Assembly (NCBI GenBank): GCA_035513335.1
Contig: DATKCE010000031.1
Coordinates: 20,971-84,970 of the forward strand
Length of the DNA: 64,000 nucleotides
Direction of reading: 5' to 3'
DNA from: Acidimicrobiia bacterium
GTDB taxonomy: Bacteria; Actinomycetota; Acidimicrobiia; Spongiisociales; ZC4RG35
Part shown: positions 36,926-46,093 of the stretch, piece after piece
How positions within the stretch are numbered: position 1 is the first letter of the stretch
Layout of the letters: the number at the start of each line of letters is the position of its first letter
Made by a program: the position numbers and the translations under genes
Notes under the pieces: model-generated
What the model saw: only the letters and a program-made list of their open reading frames with translations
What the model was told of the DNA's origin: nothing
The model's database searches: none

Positions 36926-37657
36926 TCACAGGAAGGTCTGGGCCAGCTCGATCGCCTTCTCGGCGTGCTCGCCGGTGACTTTGAGTCTGGTGTCCTTCGG
37001 ATCGATGCGGCACACGGCGATGCGAGCCCAGTCGGAGGCAGACCCCTTGATGAGCTGGTCGGTGTCTTGCGGCCCGTAGACCCACTTGGAGTAGCCGGGG
37101 CCGATCACCTCGATGCGGACCGGCTCGTAGTGCTCGCCGGCCTGTTTGAAGGCGTAGGGGAGGGTCTTCCAGCCGAACCAGCACACGTGACGGATTCGGG
37201 GGGTGTCCTCGACCTCGATGCCCAGCGTGGCGTAGATGTCCAGCCCATGCATCCAGGTCTCGGTGAGCCGGAACGTGGCGAATGTCCGTGCGCTCATGTC
37301 GCCCGCCATCCAGGGGATCCGGTCCTCGGCATTCATGTGCGAGAGGGGCTCGACGACCTTGGCTCGGCCGCCCCGCCACCACTCGATGACATCCTGGGGG
37401 CGCATCTTGCGCCCTTTCTTGATCGGACGTTGCCGCAGAGGCTCGATGTCGGCCGCGGCCTGCCATTCCCCGATCTTGTCGCCGTTCTGGAGTGCATCGG
37501 CGCCGAGGTCCTCGAAGTCGGCGAGGTGGGAGATGGTGTCCCGTACCGTCCACGGCTTGTTCGGGGTCACCAGGTCCCAGACCTTGATCGGGATCCTCTG
37601 CAGAGACTGATCCAGGAACTGTTGTTCAGCTACTAGGTCTGAAAGGATGTCGCGCAC
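36926..37657 (-). CDS. maleylpyruvate isomerase N-terminal (DinB_2) domain protein, Actinobacteria-specific family
   Basis: N-terminal WTVRDTISHLADFE motif typical of mycothiol-dependent maleylpyruvate isomerase-like / TIGR03083 proteins. Confidence 0.65.
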   Translation of the reverse strand: MRDILSDLVAEQQFLDQSLQRIPIKVWDLVTPNKPWTVRDTISHLADFEDLGADALQNGDKIGEWQAAADIEPLRQRPIKKGRKMRPQDVIEWWRGGRAKVVEPLSHMNAEDRIPWMAGDMSARTFATFRLTETWMHGLDIYATLGIEVEDTPRIRHVCWFGWKTLPYAFKQAGEHYEPVRIEVIGPGYSKWVYGPQDTDQLIKGSASDWARIAVCRIDPKDTRLKVTGEHAEKAIELAQTFL

Positions 37658-37706
37658 CCGGCAATTCTAGTAGCGAATCTGTGGAAATCCCCAAGACGAG
37701 CGTCTC

Positions 37707-38810
37707 TTACCAGGGTCTTTCTGCTTGCTCCTCGCTCATGCTGGCCGGAATCTCGGTGGTTTCGGGCAGGCTGGCCAAGTCGTTGAGACGATCGATCAGC
37801 TGGCGGAGACGGCCGAACTGCCGTCGGTCGAAGTAGAGGGTGATCCGCTCCATGTCGAGGGCGTCGTCGTCCTCGATCTCTGCCTCGTTCGGCCCGGTCT
37901 TCTCGATCTCGCCTTCGACCACTATGTCGGCGAACTGCTCGTTGAGCTCGACCAGTTCGTCGTCCGTGGGAGCCTGACGGAGCCTGAGGATCAGTCTGCC
38001 CGCGGTGAAACGCTGGGAGTGATAGTTGGAGTAGAACTTGAAGATCTCCTCGCATGCCGCGTCGAGGTCGGTGGTCTGGAGGAAGAGATTCAGATCCGCC
38101 TCCGAGATCAAGCCCATGGCGAGGAGCTTGTCGGTGATGAACCCGATGAGTGGGCCCCAATAGCCGGTGCCTTCGGCTTCGAGGAGGACTATCGGGTGGA
38201 GGTCGGACTTGCCGGTCTGGAAGAGTGTGATCAGCTCGAACGCCTCGTCGAGGGTGCCGAACCCGCCGGGCATGATGACGAAAGCTTGGGACTCCTTGAC
38301 GAATCCGAGCTTGCGAGTGAAGAAGTACTTGAAATTGACCGTGCGGTCGTCGTCGATGTAATCGTTGGCCGTGGCCTCGAACGGGAGCCGGATGTTGACC
38401 CCGTAGGAGTTGTCGATGCCCGCTCCCTTGCTGCCGGCTTCCATCAGGCCGGGACCGGCACCGGTGATGACACCCCACCCGTGAGTGGCCATCGTGGTGG
38501 CCAGTTTCTCGGTGAGCTGGTAGTTGGGATCCCCCTCCCGGATCCGCGCCGAGCCATAGATGGTGACCTTGGGCTCGGGGTGACGGCTGAACACCAGGTT
38601 GGAGTAGCGCATCTCTTTGACCGCGGTGTTGATCAGCTTGAGGTCGCCACGTGAAGCGCGGTCCCTGTGCAACTTCAGGACGGTGATGATCAACTCCGCG
38701 ATGAGATCCTGGTGGTCGTTTTGCGAGGAATCGGCGATGAGGCTGCGAAGGCGCTCGTTCAACTCCTCGTTGCCGAGGTCATATGCCATCGATGGCACCG
38801 TACCCGACAC
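37707..38810 (-). CDS. LOG-family protein (cytokinin riboside 5'-monophosphate phosphoribohydrolase-like), long form
   Basis: GGGPGLMEA and PGGFGTLDEAFE LOG motifs; C-terminal acidic extension. Confidence 0.85.
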   Translation of the reverse strand: MSGTVPSMAYDLGNEELNERLRSLIADSSQNDHQDLIAELIITVLKLHRDRASRGDLKLINTAVKEMRYSNLVFSRHPEPKVTIYGSARIREGDPNYQLTEKLATTMATHGWGVITGAGPGLMEAGSKGAGIDNSYGVNIRLPFEATANDYIDDDRTVNFKYFFTRKLGFVKESQAFVIMPGGFGTLDEAFELITLFQTGKSDLHPIVLLEAEGTGYWGPLIGFITDKLLAMGLISEADLNLFLQTTDLDAACEEIFKFYSNYHSQRFTAGRLILRLRQAPTDDELVELNEQFADIVVEGEIEKTGPNEAEIEDDDALDMERITLYFDRRQFGRLRQLIDRLNDLASLPETTEIPASMSEEQAERPW

Positions 38811-38813
38811 GGC

Positions 38814-39845
38814 TCACTGCGAGGAGAAGGGCTTCTCCGCGGGTCCCTTGCGGACCACGGCGTTCCAGACGGTCTCGTAGTGGTCGCGGTCGAAACGATC
38901 GACCTGGGGTAGCACGAACTCCTCCCAAGCCTCCCGGAGGGGGTCGTCGCGGTCGGCGTAGATGAGCAGTCCGGTGGGGAGACGATCGAGCACCGAGCGC
39001 AACGAGAGCGGGGTCTCGACCCGGGTTCCGGTGTCGGTTTCGTCGAAAGAGGCGTTGATCTCCACGGTCAGGCGGGCGATCGCCTCGACGTAGGCGTCCC
39101 CGAGGCTGGGATAGCGGCGCTCCAGCATCGCCCTGACCTGCTCTTCGGCCGGGAACGATTTCTCCCATATCGCCCATCGATCGGCGAAGGCCTTGTTGAG
39201 GGTCTGGGTGCCGGCGTAGTCACGGATGTCGGTGGGGTTCATTGTGCCGAAGATGCGAACGTCCTCACGCAAGCTCACCGTCTCACCGTTGGGGAGGTCG
39301 AGAGCGGCATAGCGATCGAGCAAGGCGTGGAGGGCGAACAGGGTCTCGGCACCGGCGGCGTTCAGCTCCGACAGGTTGAGCAAGGCGGGGCCGCGCAGGG
39401 CTCGGGTGATGTCCCCGTCCTCCCAGCGGGACTCGGTCCCGCCCTTGCCGTCGCCATGGAGATGGGTCGACCCGATCAACGTCACGTCGCGGACCTCTCC
39501 GGTGAGGGGGATGCGGAAATAGGGGAGTGACATCGCGGCGGCAAACTGCTCTATGTCGTGGTCCTTCCCGGTACCCATGTGGCCGCGAACCGCGACGTGC
39601 AGCGGCACCAGGCCCTCCGCTCCGGTGCGACGAGCCTCTTCCACCTGGGCGAAGCGGTAGAGCATGCCCAGGTCGACATAGTGAGGGTCGGGTTCGGGGA
39701 TCTTCCGACGCCTCAGCTCGGCGTCTTCGATGTCGTCGGTGATGTCGAACGTCTCCAGCTCGATGGACGGCCCTTCACCGCTGGGATCTTCGAATACGAC
39801 TGTCTCAGGCAATTGCTGTCTCCTTGTCTTGAAAGTCCGTGGCAC
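38814..39845 (-). CDS. AAA_5 (MoxR/CbbQ/NorQ-type) ATPase with non-canonical Walker motifs
   Basis: P-loop region VRGHMGTGKD (Asp where Thr/Ser is expected); Walker-B region LLNLSELNAAG (Ser for Asp); sensor FGTMNP; paired with the downstream VWA gene. Confidence 0.75.
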   Translation of the reverse strand: MPRTFKTRRQQLPETVVFEDPSGEGPSIELETFDITDDIEDAELRRRKIPEPDPHYVDLGMLYRFAQVEEARRTGAEGLVPLHVAVRGHMGTGKDHDIEQFAAAMSLPYFRIPLTGEVRDVTLIGSTHLHGDGKGGTESRWEDGDITRALRGPALLNLSELNAAGAETLFALHALLDRYAALDLPNGETVSLREDVRIFGTMNPTDIRDYAGTQTLNKAFADRWAIWEKSFPAEEQVRAMLERRYPSLGDAYVEAIARLTVEINASFDETDTGTRVETPLSLRSVLDRLPTGLLIYADRDDPLREAWEEFVLPQVDRFDRDHYETVWNAVVRKGPAEKPFSSQ

Positions 39846-41892
39846 GCAGCCACCAGGTGTCCATGCCCGAGTAGGCGAGACTGCGCCTGAGGGCGCCGCG
39901 TGCTCCTTCGATCATGGCGTTGGCCAGCTGGTCGGGCTCGTCGACCACCTGGTGGCGTCGGTATGCCTGGTCGACGGTGTGGTCGCCGATCCCGATACCG
40001 ATGACGGTAGTGCCGGAGGCTTCGATGGACTCCACCGAGGTGGTCAGCGCATCGACCGACCCGCGGGTCATCCCGTCGGCGAGCACCATCAGGATGCGGA
40101 CGTCGGCTCCTAGCCGCCCCATCCGCTCAGCGGCGTGGACCACATTGAACTCGTCCACGTTGGCCGCTTTCTCGAACAGGGACACCGGAGGAGCGGAGCG
40201 CGCGTCGCGGCGGGCGAGGGTGGCTGCGCGTCGCGGGTTCATCGCCGTGAAGAAGAGACCGGCCAGTGTGCTCTGCGAGTCCCGCCAGCGACGGTCGAAG
40301 GGCTTGACCATATAGTGATTCACCGTCGAGGTGAGCCGGTCCGCCGCCGACCCTTGCGAACGTTTCAACCCCGCAGTCGCCGCCGACCGACTCCGGACAT
40401 AGCTCTCCTCGGAGTCGTCGGGCCGGGCGGCAAACCCCCGATTGAACAGAGCCACCTCGAAATCGATCTGGAGCTCGTTACAGAGCCTGGCCATGCTCCA
40501 TGCGCCGAGGACCGCGGCGGGCATCGCCCATTGAGTCCCGGCGTGAGCCTTGCGGCCGGGGCTTAGCATGGATGCCGACCCGTCGACGAGGAGGGAGACC
40601 GCATAGCGTCGCCTGGTCCGTGATGCCCTGCGCTCGTAGAGACGCTGATAGAGCCCGGCGCCGATGAAGAGCGCGGCGTGTGGCGAGACGTCGCCCTGGT
40701 CGAAACCGGAGCGCAAACCTCGGCGCTGGTTGGCTGCGAACAGAGGGAACAGCTCTCCGGAGACGTGGCGCTGGTCGACAGCCCATCGTTTGGATGCCTC
40801 GGCGATGGCTTCGGTGCCCTCCGCGCCGAAGCCGGCGAACGCGGCCGGGATCGGGGTGACCACGAGCTTTCCGCCCTGGCCGGTGGGGAGGAATACCTCC
40901 GGTGCCTGGCTCACCCGGAGCAGCTGGTTCGTCGACTCGTCGTCGGCCACGTCCGATGCCCCTTTGCGATCGGAGGGACCTGATCGGGCATCGGCGGCCC
41001 TCCTGGCGTTCTGGTACGACTCGGTGTCGGTGACGATGGGCGAGATGAGGCGGACACTGTCGACCCCCTCCGCCGCCTTCTCCGCGTCCATCTTCTGTGC
41101 CGACTTGCGCTGGGCGCCGCTGGCCGTCTCCGGCACCTCGGTCATCAAGCCGTTGGCCCTGGCGATGGCCTCCAGTTCGAGGGCGAGTTGGGCGACGTAC
41201 CACGGGTCCTCCGAGGCCGCCGCCTCTTCGCAGTGGCCGGTGGCGTCGGCCAGGGCTACCGCCGCCCTGGCATCGAAACGCTTCTCGAGGACTTCGCGCT
41301 CGACATATCCGGCGGTGAGGAGGAAACACCCCAGCACGAACTGGCTGAGGGCCCCCGACCGGGCGATCGCCTGGCTGAGAGAGGACAGGTACAGGTCCTG
41401 GAGCACCGAGCGCGCCCCGGGATAGTGGGAGAGGCCGTGGGCCTCCTGACGGGCGTCCTCCAGGGAGAAGAACAGGACTTCCGCCACCGGCCTCTCCGTT
41501 CGCTCCAACGCAGTGAGCAGGTCTACCTCGGCATCGGTCTTCAACTCGCTGTCGACTGGCCAGTCCTCGGGCAGGGTGCGCACCTCGTCGAGGTTGGTGG
41601 ACACCAGGTGCATGACCTCGTGGAGCGCCGACGCCAGGGCCACCTCGTCAGGGGTAACGGGGGCACTCCGGTGGTAGGCCGCCTGGAAGATCCGGGGGTC
41701 GCAGGTGATCTCGTCCGGTGAAGACGACGACTCAGGCCCGAGCCGCACCCTCAGATTCGGGTTCTCGGAGAGGCTCCTGGCGAGACGGGTCACGGCAGGG
41801 GCAACTCGCTGATATCGGCCCACCACGGCCTCGATGGCCTGGTCTTCGGGGCCGATCAGGTCGGTCAGGAAAGTCTGTTCGCGTGCGCGCAC
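39805..41892 (-). CDS. VWA-domain protein (CbbO/NorD/CobT-like partner of the AAA ATPase)
   Basis: C-terminal VWA with MIDAS LLVDGSASM ... ILMVLADG; large N-terminal helical region containing an HEVMH (HExxH) motif. Confidence 0.8.
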   Translation of the reverse strand: MRAREQTFLTDLIGPEDQAIEAVVGRYQRVAPAVTRLARSLSENPNLRVRLGPESSSSPDEITCDPRIFQAAYHRSAPVTPDEVALASALHEVMHLVSTNLDEVRTLPEDWPVDSELKTDAEVDLLTALERTERPVAEVLFFSLEDARQEAHGLSHYPGARSVLQDLYLSSLSQAIARSGALSQFVLGCFLLTAGYVEREVLEKRFDARAAVALADATGHCEEAAASEDPWYVAQLALELEAIARANGLMTEVPETASGAQRKSAQKMDAEKAAEGVDSVRLISPIVTDTESYQNARRAADARSGPSDRKGASDVADDESTNQLLRVSQAPEVFLPTGQGGKLVVTPIPAAFAGFGAEGTEAIAEASKRWAVDQRHVSGELFPLFAANQRRGLRSGFDQGDVSPHAALFIGAGLYQRLYERRASRTRRRYAVSLLVDGSASMLSPGRKAHAGTQWAMPAAVLGAWSMARLCNELQIDFEVALFNRGFAARPDDSEESYVRSRSAATAGLKRSQGSAADRLTSTVNHYMVKPFDRRWRDSQSTLAGLFFTAMNPRRAATLARRDARSAPPVSLFEKAANVDEFNVVHAAERMGRLGADVRILMVLADGMTRGSVDALTTSVESIEASGTTVIGIGIGDHTVDQAYRRHQVVDEPDQLANAMIEGARGALRRSLAYSGMDTWWLRATDFQDKETAIA

Positions 41893-41975
41893 AAGCCGTT
41901 CATTGTCTCATGCCTCGTCAAGCGACTCACATCGACCCTTCTGCTTTCGCCGCCGATACCTATACCCTGCGCCGC

Positions 41976-43232
41976 GTGCACTACGACTTCACCACTCTTC
42001 CCAACGGCCTGAGGGTGATCACCGAGCCGATGCCGTCTCTCAGGTCGGTGGCGATGGGCTGTTGGATCGACACCGGCACCAGGGACGAGAACGGGAACGA
42101 GGCCGGAGTCTCTCACTTCCTCGAGCATCTGTTGTTCAAGGGCTCGGAGAAGCTCTCCGCCCGCGAGGTCAACGAGACCCTCGACGCCATCGGAGCGGAA
42201 TCCAACGCGTTCACGTCGAAAGAGGCGACCTGCTACTGGACGCGTCTGCTCGACCAGGACCTGGCCGTCGGGTTGGACGTGTTGGCCGAGATCATCCAGC
42301 GGCCCGCGTTCCGGGTCCGCGAAATCGACTCGGAGCGCCAGGTGGTGGTGGAGGAGATCAACATGAACGAGGACGACCCGTCCGACGTCGTCTTCGAGAA
42401 CTTCACCACCGCCGTGTTCGCCGGCCATCCTCTCCAGGAACCGGTGCTCGGGACCCGGGAGTCGATCCGGGCAATGACCCGGGACGACATCCATGGCTAC
42501 TGGAAGCGTCGCTACGGGACCGGCTCGTTGGTCGTGGCCGCGGCCGGCTCGATCGACCACGAGAACGTCGTCGAGATGGTGGCTGAGCGTTTCGGCGACT
42601 GGTCCGGTGATCTGGTGGACCATCAGAGTCGGCCGGCCCAGGTCGTTCCCACGGTGAACCTGACCAGACGCGAGACGGAACAGGCCCACCTGGTTCTCGG
42701 CGGCCCCGGTCTGGCCCGGAGCGACGAGCGTCGTTGGGCCTTCGAGGTGCTCAACCACGTCATGGGCTCGGGAATGTCGTCGCGGCTGTTCCGTGAGGTA
42801 CGTGAGGAGCGGGGGCTTGCCTATGCGGTGTACGGGTTCAAGCTCGCCTACTCCGACAACGGGGCCTGGGGTGTCCACGTCGGAACCACCCCTCATCAGA
42901 CGGACACCGCCCTGAACGTGATCCGCGACGAGCTCACCAAAGTCGTGGAGGAAGGGATCACGCGCGAGGAATTGGAGCGGGCCAAGGGCTCGATGCGGGG
43001 CGGTCTGGCACTGTCCCTCGAGGACGCCAACAGTCGGATGGTCCGTCTCGGCCGTGACGAGCTCGCCGGGATGCCCCATCTGTCGGTTGACGAGCGTCTG
43101 GAGAAGCTGGACGGCGTCGATCTCGACATGGTCAGGTCGGTGGCTACGGACGTCTACGGCGGCCCCGTCAGGGTGATGGGCGCGGTCGGCCCCTTCGAGG
43201 AACACGAGCTAGACCAATACTTGGAGGTTTGA
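41976..43232 (+). CDS. M16-family zinc peptidase (insulinase-like)
   Basis: HxxEH inverted zinc motif HFLEHLLFKGS. GTG start at 41976 (VHYDFTTLPNGLRV) preferred over the track start. Confidence 0.85.
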   Translation: MHYDFTTLPNGLRVITEPMPSLRSVAMGCWIDTGTRDENGNEAGVSHFLEHLLFKGSEKLSAREVNETLDAIGAESNAFTSKEATCYWTRLLDQDLAVGLDVLAEIIQRPAFRVREIDSERQVVVEEINMNEDDPSDVVFENFTTAVFAGHPLQEPVLGTRESIRAMTRDDIHGYWKRRYGTGSLVVAAAGSIDHENVVEMVAERFGDWSGDLVDHQSRPAQVVPTVNLTRRETEQAHLVLGGPGLARSDERRWAFEVLNHVMGSGMSSRLFREVREERGLAYAVYGFKLAYSDNGAWGVHVGTTPHQTDTALNVIRDELTKVVEEGITREELERAKGSMRGGLALSLEDANSRMVRLGRDELAGMPHLSVDERLEKLDGVDLDMVRSVATDVYGGPVRVMGAVGPFEEHELDQYLEV

Positions 43233-43384
43233 GTCGATGGCGGCCCGACTTTGCCGGGCTGCCTCCAGGGCAAATGGTTTAGACGTCTGGGGGAGTCACC
43301 CAAAGTCGGCGATCTGAGACCTGAGTTCGTCCGGCAAACAGGCGCCGGTCGGGCCGCAGCTGCCGCGCCCGCAGGAGGTGCCGT

Positions 43385-43735
43385 TCAGTTCCCGAAGCTG
43401 AATTCCATCGACATGGGCTTCTCGCCGATGTTGACGGTGCCGGCCAGGGGGTCGGCGGGACGCTCGATGACCAATGCGCCGCCGAGATCGTGGATGCCGT
43501 CGGAGGAGGGCCAGCCCAGGGTCTTCACGGTGGAGACGTTGCCGGCCAGCGAGGTCCAGAGGATGGAATGGTGCGATTGGGTGAGGCGGATGAGAGTATC
43601 CGCCTCACCAATCGGCGACATGCTCTCGCCGGGTCCCCCTGCCGTGAAGACGGCGACAGCGCCCCCGGCTGCCGACAACGTCATCAGAGCGGCCAATCCC
43701 AGCCCGACGAGACGGTGTGTGATCACTCTCTGCAT
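43385..43735 (-). CDS. secreted hypothetical protein
   Basis: 116 aa with N-terminal signal peptide; no family recognised. Confidence 0.45.
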   Translation of the reverse strand: MQRVITHRLVGLGLAALMTLSAAGGAVAVFTAGGPGESMSPIGEADTLIRLTQSHHSILWTSLAGNVSTVKTLGWPSSDGIHDLGGALVIERPADPLAGTVNIGEKPMSMEFSFGN

Positions 43736-43768
43736 GCTTTGACCACGGTACGTGTGCGGAGGTCGGAT

Positions 43769-44143
43769 TCAAATGGCCATTTCAACTAGAGACGAAAGGA
43801 CTAGTCCATAGCCCAGGGCGAGGATGACGGTGGCGAAGACCCCAAAAAGGACCCCGCGGGACCTCGATTCGGAGAGCCGGGCGACGAGAAAGCCGATCAC
43901 CACCCAGATGGTCACGTCGAGCGGCCAGGCCACCACCAGGTCGCCGAAGAAGACGCCGAACACGGCAGAGATGGGCAGCCCGGCATATAGGAGGGTCAGG
44001 GCCACCGTCTCGCAGCCATCGGCACACTCCGGCTGGTTCACCAGGCTGAGACCGACCGCCATGAAGACGAGAGCGACGGTTACGAGGACCGCCGCGGCGA
44101 TGACGGCATCGCGGCAACCTGGAGGCTCGGGGCTCTTGGACAC
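43769..44143 (-). CDS. hypothetical membrane protein
   Basis: 124 aa, 3-4 hydrophobic helices. Confidence 0.45.
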   Translation of the reverse strand: MSKSPEPPGCRDAVIAAAVLVTVALVFMAVGLSLVNQPECADGCETVALTLLYAGLPISAVFGVFFGDLVVAWPLDVTIWVVIGFLVARLSESRSRGVLFGVFATVILALGYGLVLSSLVEMAI

Positions 44144-44224
44144 GCCGGGATCGTATGACCGGTCGGTCTCCTAGTCTGGGTCGGACACCCATTAGGTTGT
44201 CGCCACCAACGCAACAGGAGACCC

Positions 44225-44677
44225 TTGACCTATCGCGACATCCTTCTCGTCCTCCACATCGCCGGAGCCGGGACCTGGCTGGGAGCCAATGTCGTCCAGG
44301 CCGTCGTGCCTCCGGCGGCGGCGATATTGGGCGCTACCACACTCGCCGGCTGGTACCGCCTCACCTCGGTGCTGGCCCGACGTCTCTACATGCCGGCGAC
44401 TCTGCTCATCCTGATCACCGGGGTGCTCCTGGTGCTCCAGGACGCCCGCTACGGGTTCGGGACCACGTTCGTGACCATCGGCTTCGGCATGATCGTGGTA
44501 GGCGCCCTCCTGGGGGCGCTCATGTTCGGGCCGGGAGGAGAGACGGCGGCCGAGGCGGTCGAGTCGGGTGATGGCCCGGCGATCAGGCTGGCCGTCACCA
44601 GGATCACCAGATGGGGGCTGATCGACACACTCCTACTCATGCTCACGATCACGGTCATGGTGTTACGTCTCGACTGA
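44225..44677 (+). CDS. DUF2269-like integral membrane protein
   Basis: 150 aa, four TM helices. Confidence 0.55.
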   Translation: MTYRDILLVLHIAGAGTWLGANVVQAVVPPAAAILGATTLAGWYRLTSVLARRLYMPATLLILITGVLLVLQDARYGFGTTFVTIGFGMIVVGALLGALMFGPGGETAAEAVESGDGPAIRLAVTRITRWGLIDTLLLMLTITVMVLRLD

Positions 44678-44694
44678 CCCGTACCATCGCCTTC

Positions 44695-46017
44695 GTGGTC
44701 CCGCGACGAAGCCTCCTGTTGTCTATCGCCCTGGTGGCGGCGTGCACCGGCGAGCCCGGCGGCGGCGGCGTCAAAATCACCGAGACGATGCCTTCCACGT
44801 CCTCCACCAGCACCACCACGACCTCTCTCACCACGACCTCTCCCACTACGACGTCTCCCACCACGACCACGACCCAACCCCTGGTCAACGTCTCGGGGCG
44901 GGTCGCCAGAGACGACGGCACCCCGGTGCCCAGAGCCTTCGTCGAGATGGGCGAGATGAGATCGCTCACCGGCCCCGACGGTTGGTTCTCCTTCGAGACG
45001 CCCGCACCGGGGACCATGACGGTCTCGAAGCCGGGATGGAGCAGCGCCGAGCTGATGTGGGAGGAGGGGACCGCGTTCTACCGGGCAGTCATCGAGCCAC
45101 AGACGATTCGTGGCATCAGGGTGGGCGCGGAGGCGGCTCAGAGCGACCGGTTGTTCAACGGTCTGTTGTCGCTGGCCGACGATACCGCCGTGAACGCCCT
45201 GGTGTTCGACACCAAACAGGAGGGCGGGCGGGTGCTCTACGACACCAGGGTGTCAGACGCTCACCGGATCGGGGCGGTCGAGGAGTTCTATGACCCGGTC
45301 GAACGGATCGCCCAGGCACATGAGCGCGGCCTCTACACGATCACACGGATCGTCACCTTCGAGGACGGCCAACGCGCCGCCGCCTTCCCGGAGGACAGAC
45401 TGGTGGGGCCATGGCTGGACCCGTCAGCACCGGGGGCGCGCTCCTACAACCTGGAGCTGGCCGAGGAGGCGTGTGACATCGGGTTCGACGAGATCCAGTT
45501 CGACTACGTCCGATACCCGTCGGGAAGCACCGCCGAGCGGTCCGGCCAGCGGGACCTCACCCAGGATCAGCGTGTCGACGCGATAGGCGGGTTCCTGCGG
45601 GAAGCACGCCAGCTCCTCCATCCAATGGGCTGTGCGGTGAGCGCGGCGGTCTTCGGCATCGTCGTCTCCTCCTCGAACGACCAGGGCATCGGTCAGATGC
45701 CCGAGGCGGTTTCGACTCAGGTAGATGTGCTCAGCCCGATGGTCTATCCGAGTCACTATTCGCCGGGATGGCTCGGGTTCGAGGACCCCAACGACCACCC
45801 CTACGACGTGACCGCCGACGCCCTGGCCTCCGCCAGTCGGCGTATGGCGGACGGAAGTGAGCTGCGGCCATATCTGCAAGCGTTCTGGTGGTCGAACCAG
45901 CAGATCCGGCGGTCGATCCAGGCTGCCGAGGACGCCGGCACCGGCTGGTTGCTCTGGAACATCATGAGCAACTTCGACCGGGCGGCAATACCCACCGACG
46001 CCGATCTGGGCGGCTGA
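44695..46017 (+). CDS. putative glycoside-hydrolase-like (DUF4015-type TIM barrel) lipoprotein with a CarboxypepD_reg-like domain
   Basis: GTG start gives signal peptide with lipobox LVAAC; Ser/Thr-rich linker; C-terminal domain matching the uncharacterised GH-like family. Confidence 0.65.
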   Translation: MVPRRSLLLSIALVAACTGEPGGGGVKITETMPSTSSTSTTTTSLTTTSPTTTSPTTTTTQPLVNVSGRVARDDGTPVPRAFVEMGEMRSLTGPDGWFSFETPAPGTMTVSKPGWSSAELMWEEGTAFYRAVIEPQTIRGIRVGAEAAQSDRLFNGLLSLADDTAVNALVFDTKQEGGRVLYDTRVSDAHRIGAVEEFYDPVERIAQAHERGLYTITRIVTFEDGQRAAAFPEDRLVGPWLDPSAPGARSYNLELAEEACDIGFDEIQFDYVRYPSGSTAERSGQRDLTQDQRVDAIGGFLREARQLLHPMGCAVSAAVFGIVVSSSNDQGIGQMPEAVSTQVDVLSPMVYPSHYSPGWLGFEDPNDHPYDVTADALASASRRMADGSELRPYLQAFWWSNQQIRRSIQAAEDAGTGWLLWNIMSNFDRAAIPTDADLGG

Positions 46018-46093
46018 TCAAGGGACTCCCCAGCCTTTTCGCGCATCGAACGAGCGGATAGGGCGCCATTCCGTGCTCAAAACGGAGAGAGCC

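Noticed and set aside
43233-43384. 150-bp gap after the M16 peptidase as an RNA gene
   Set aside because: No conserved RNA features or strong secondary structure seen. It is probably a convergent-gene spacer.
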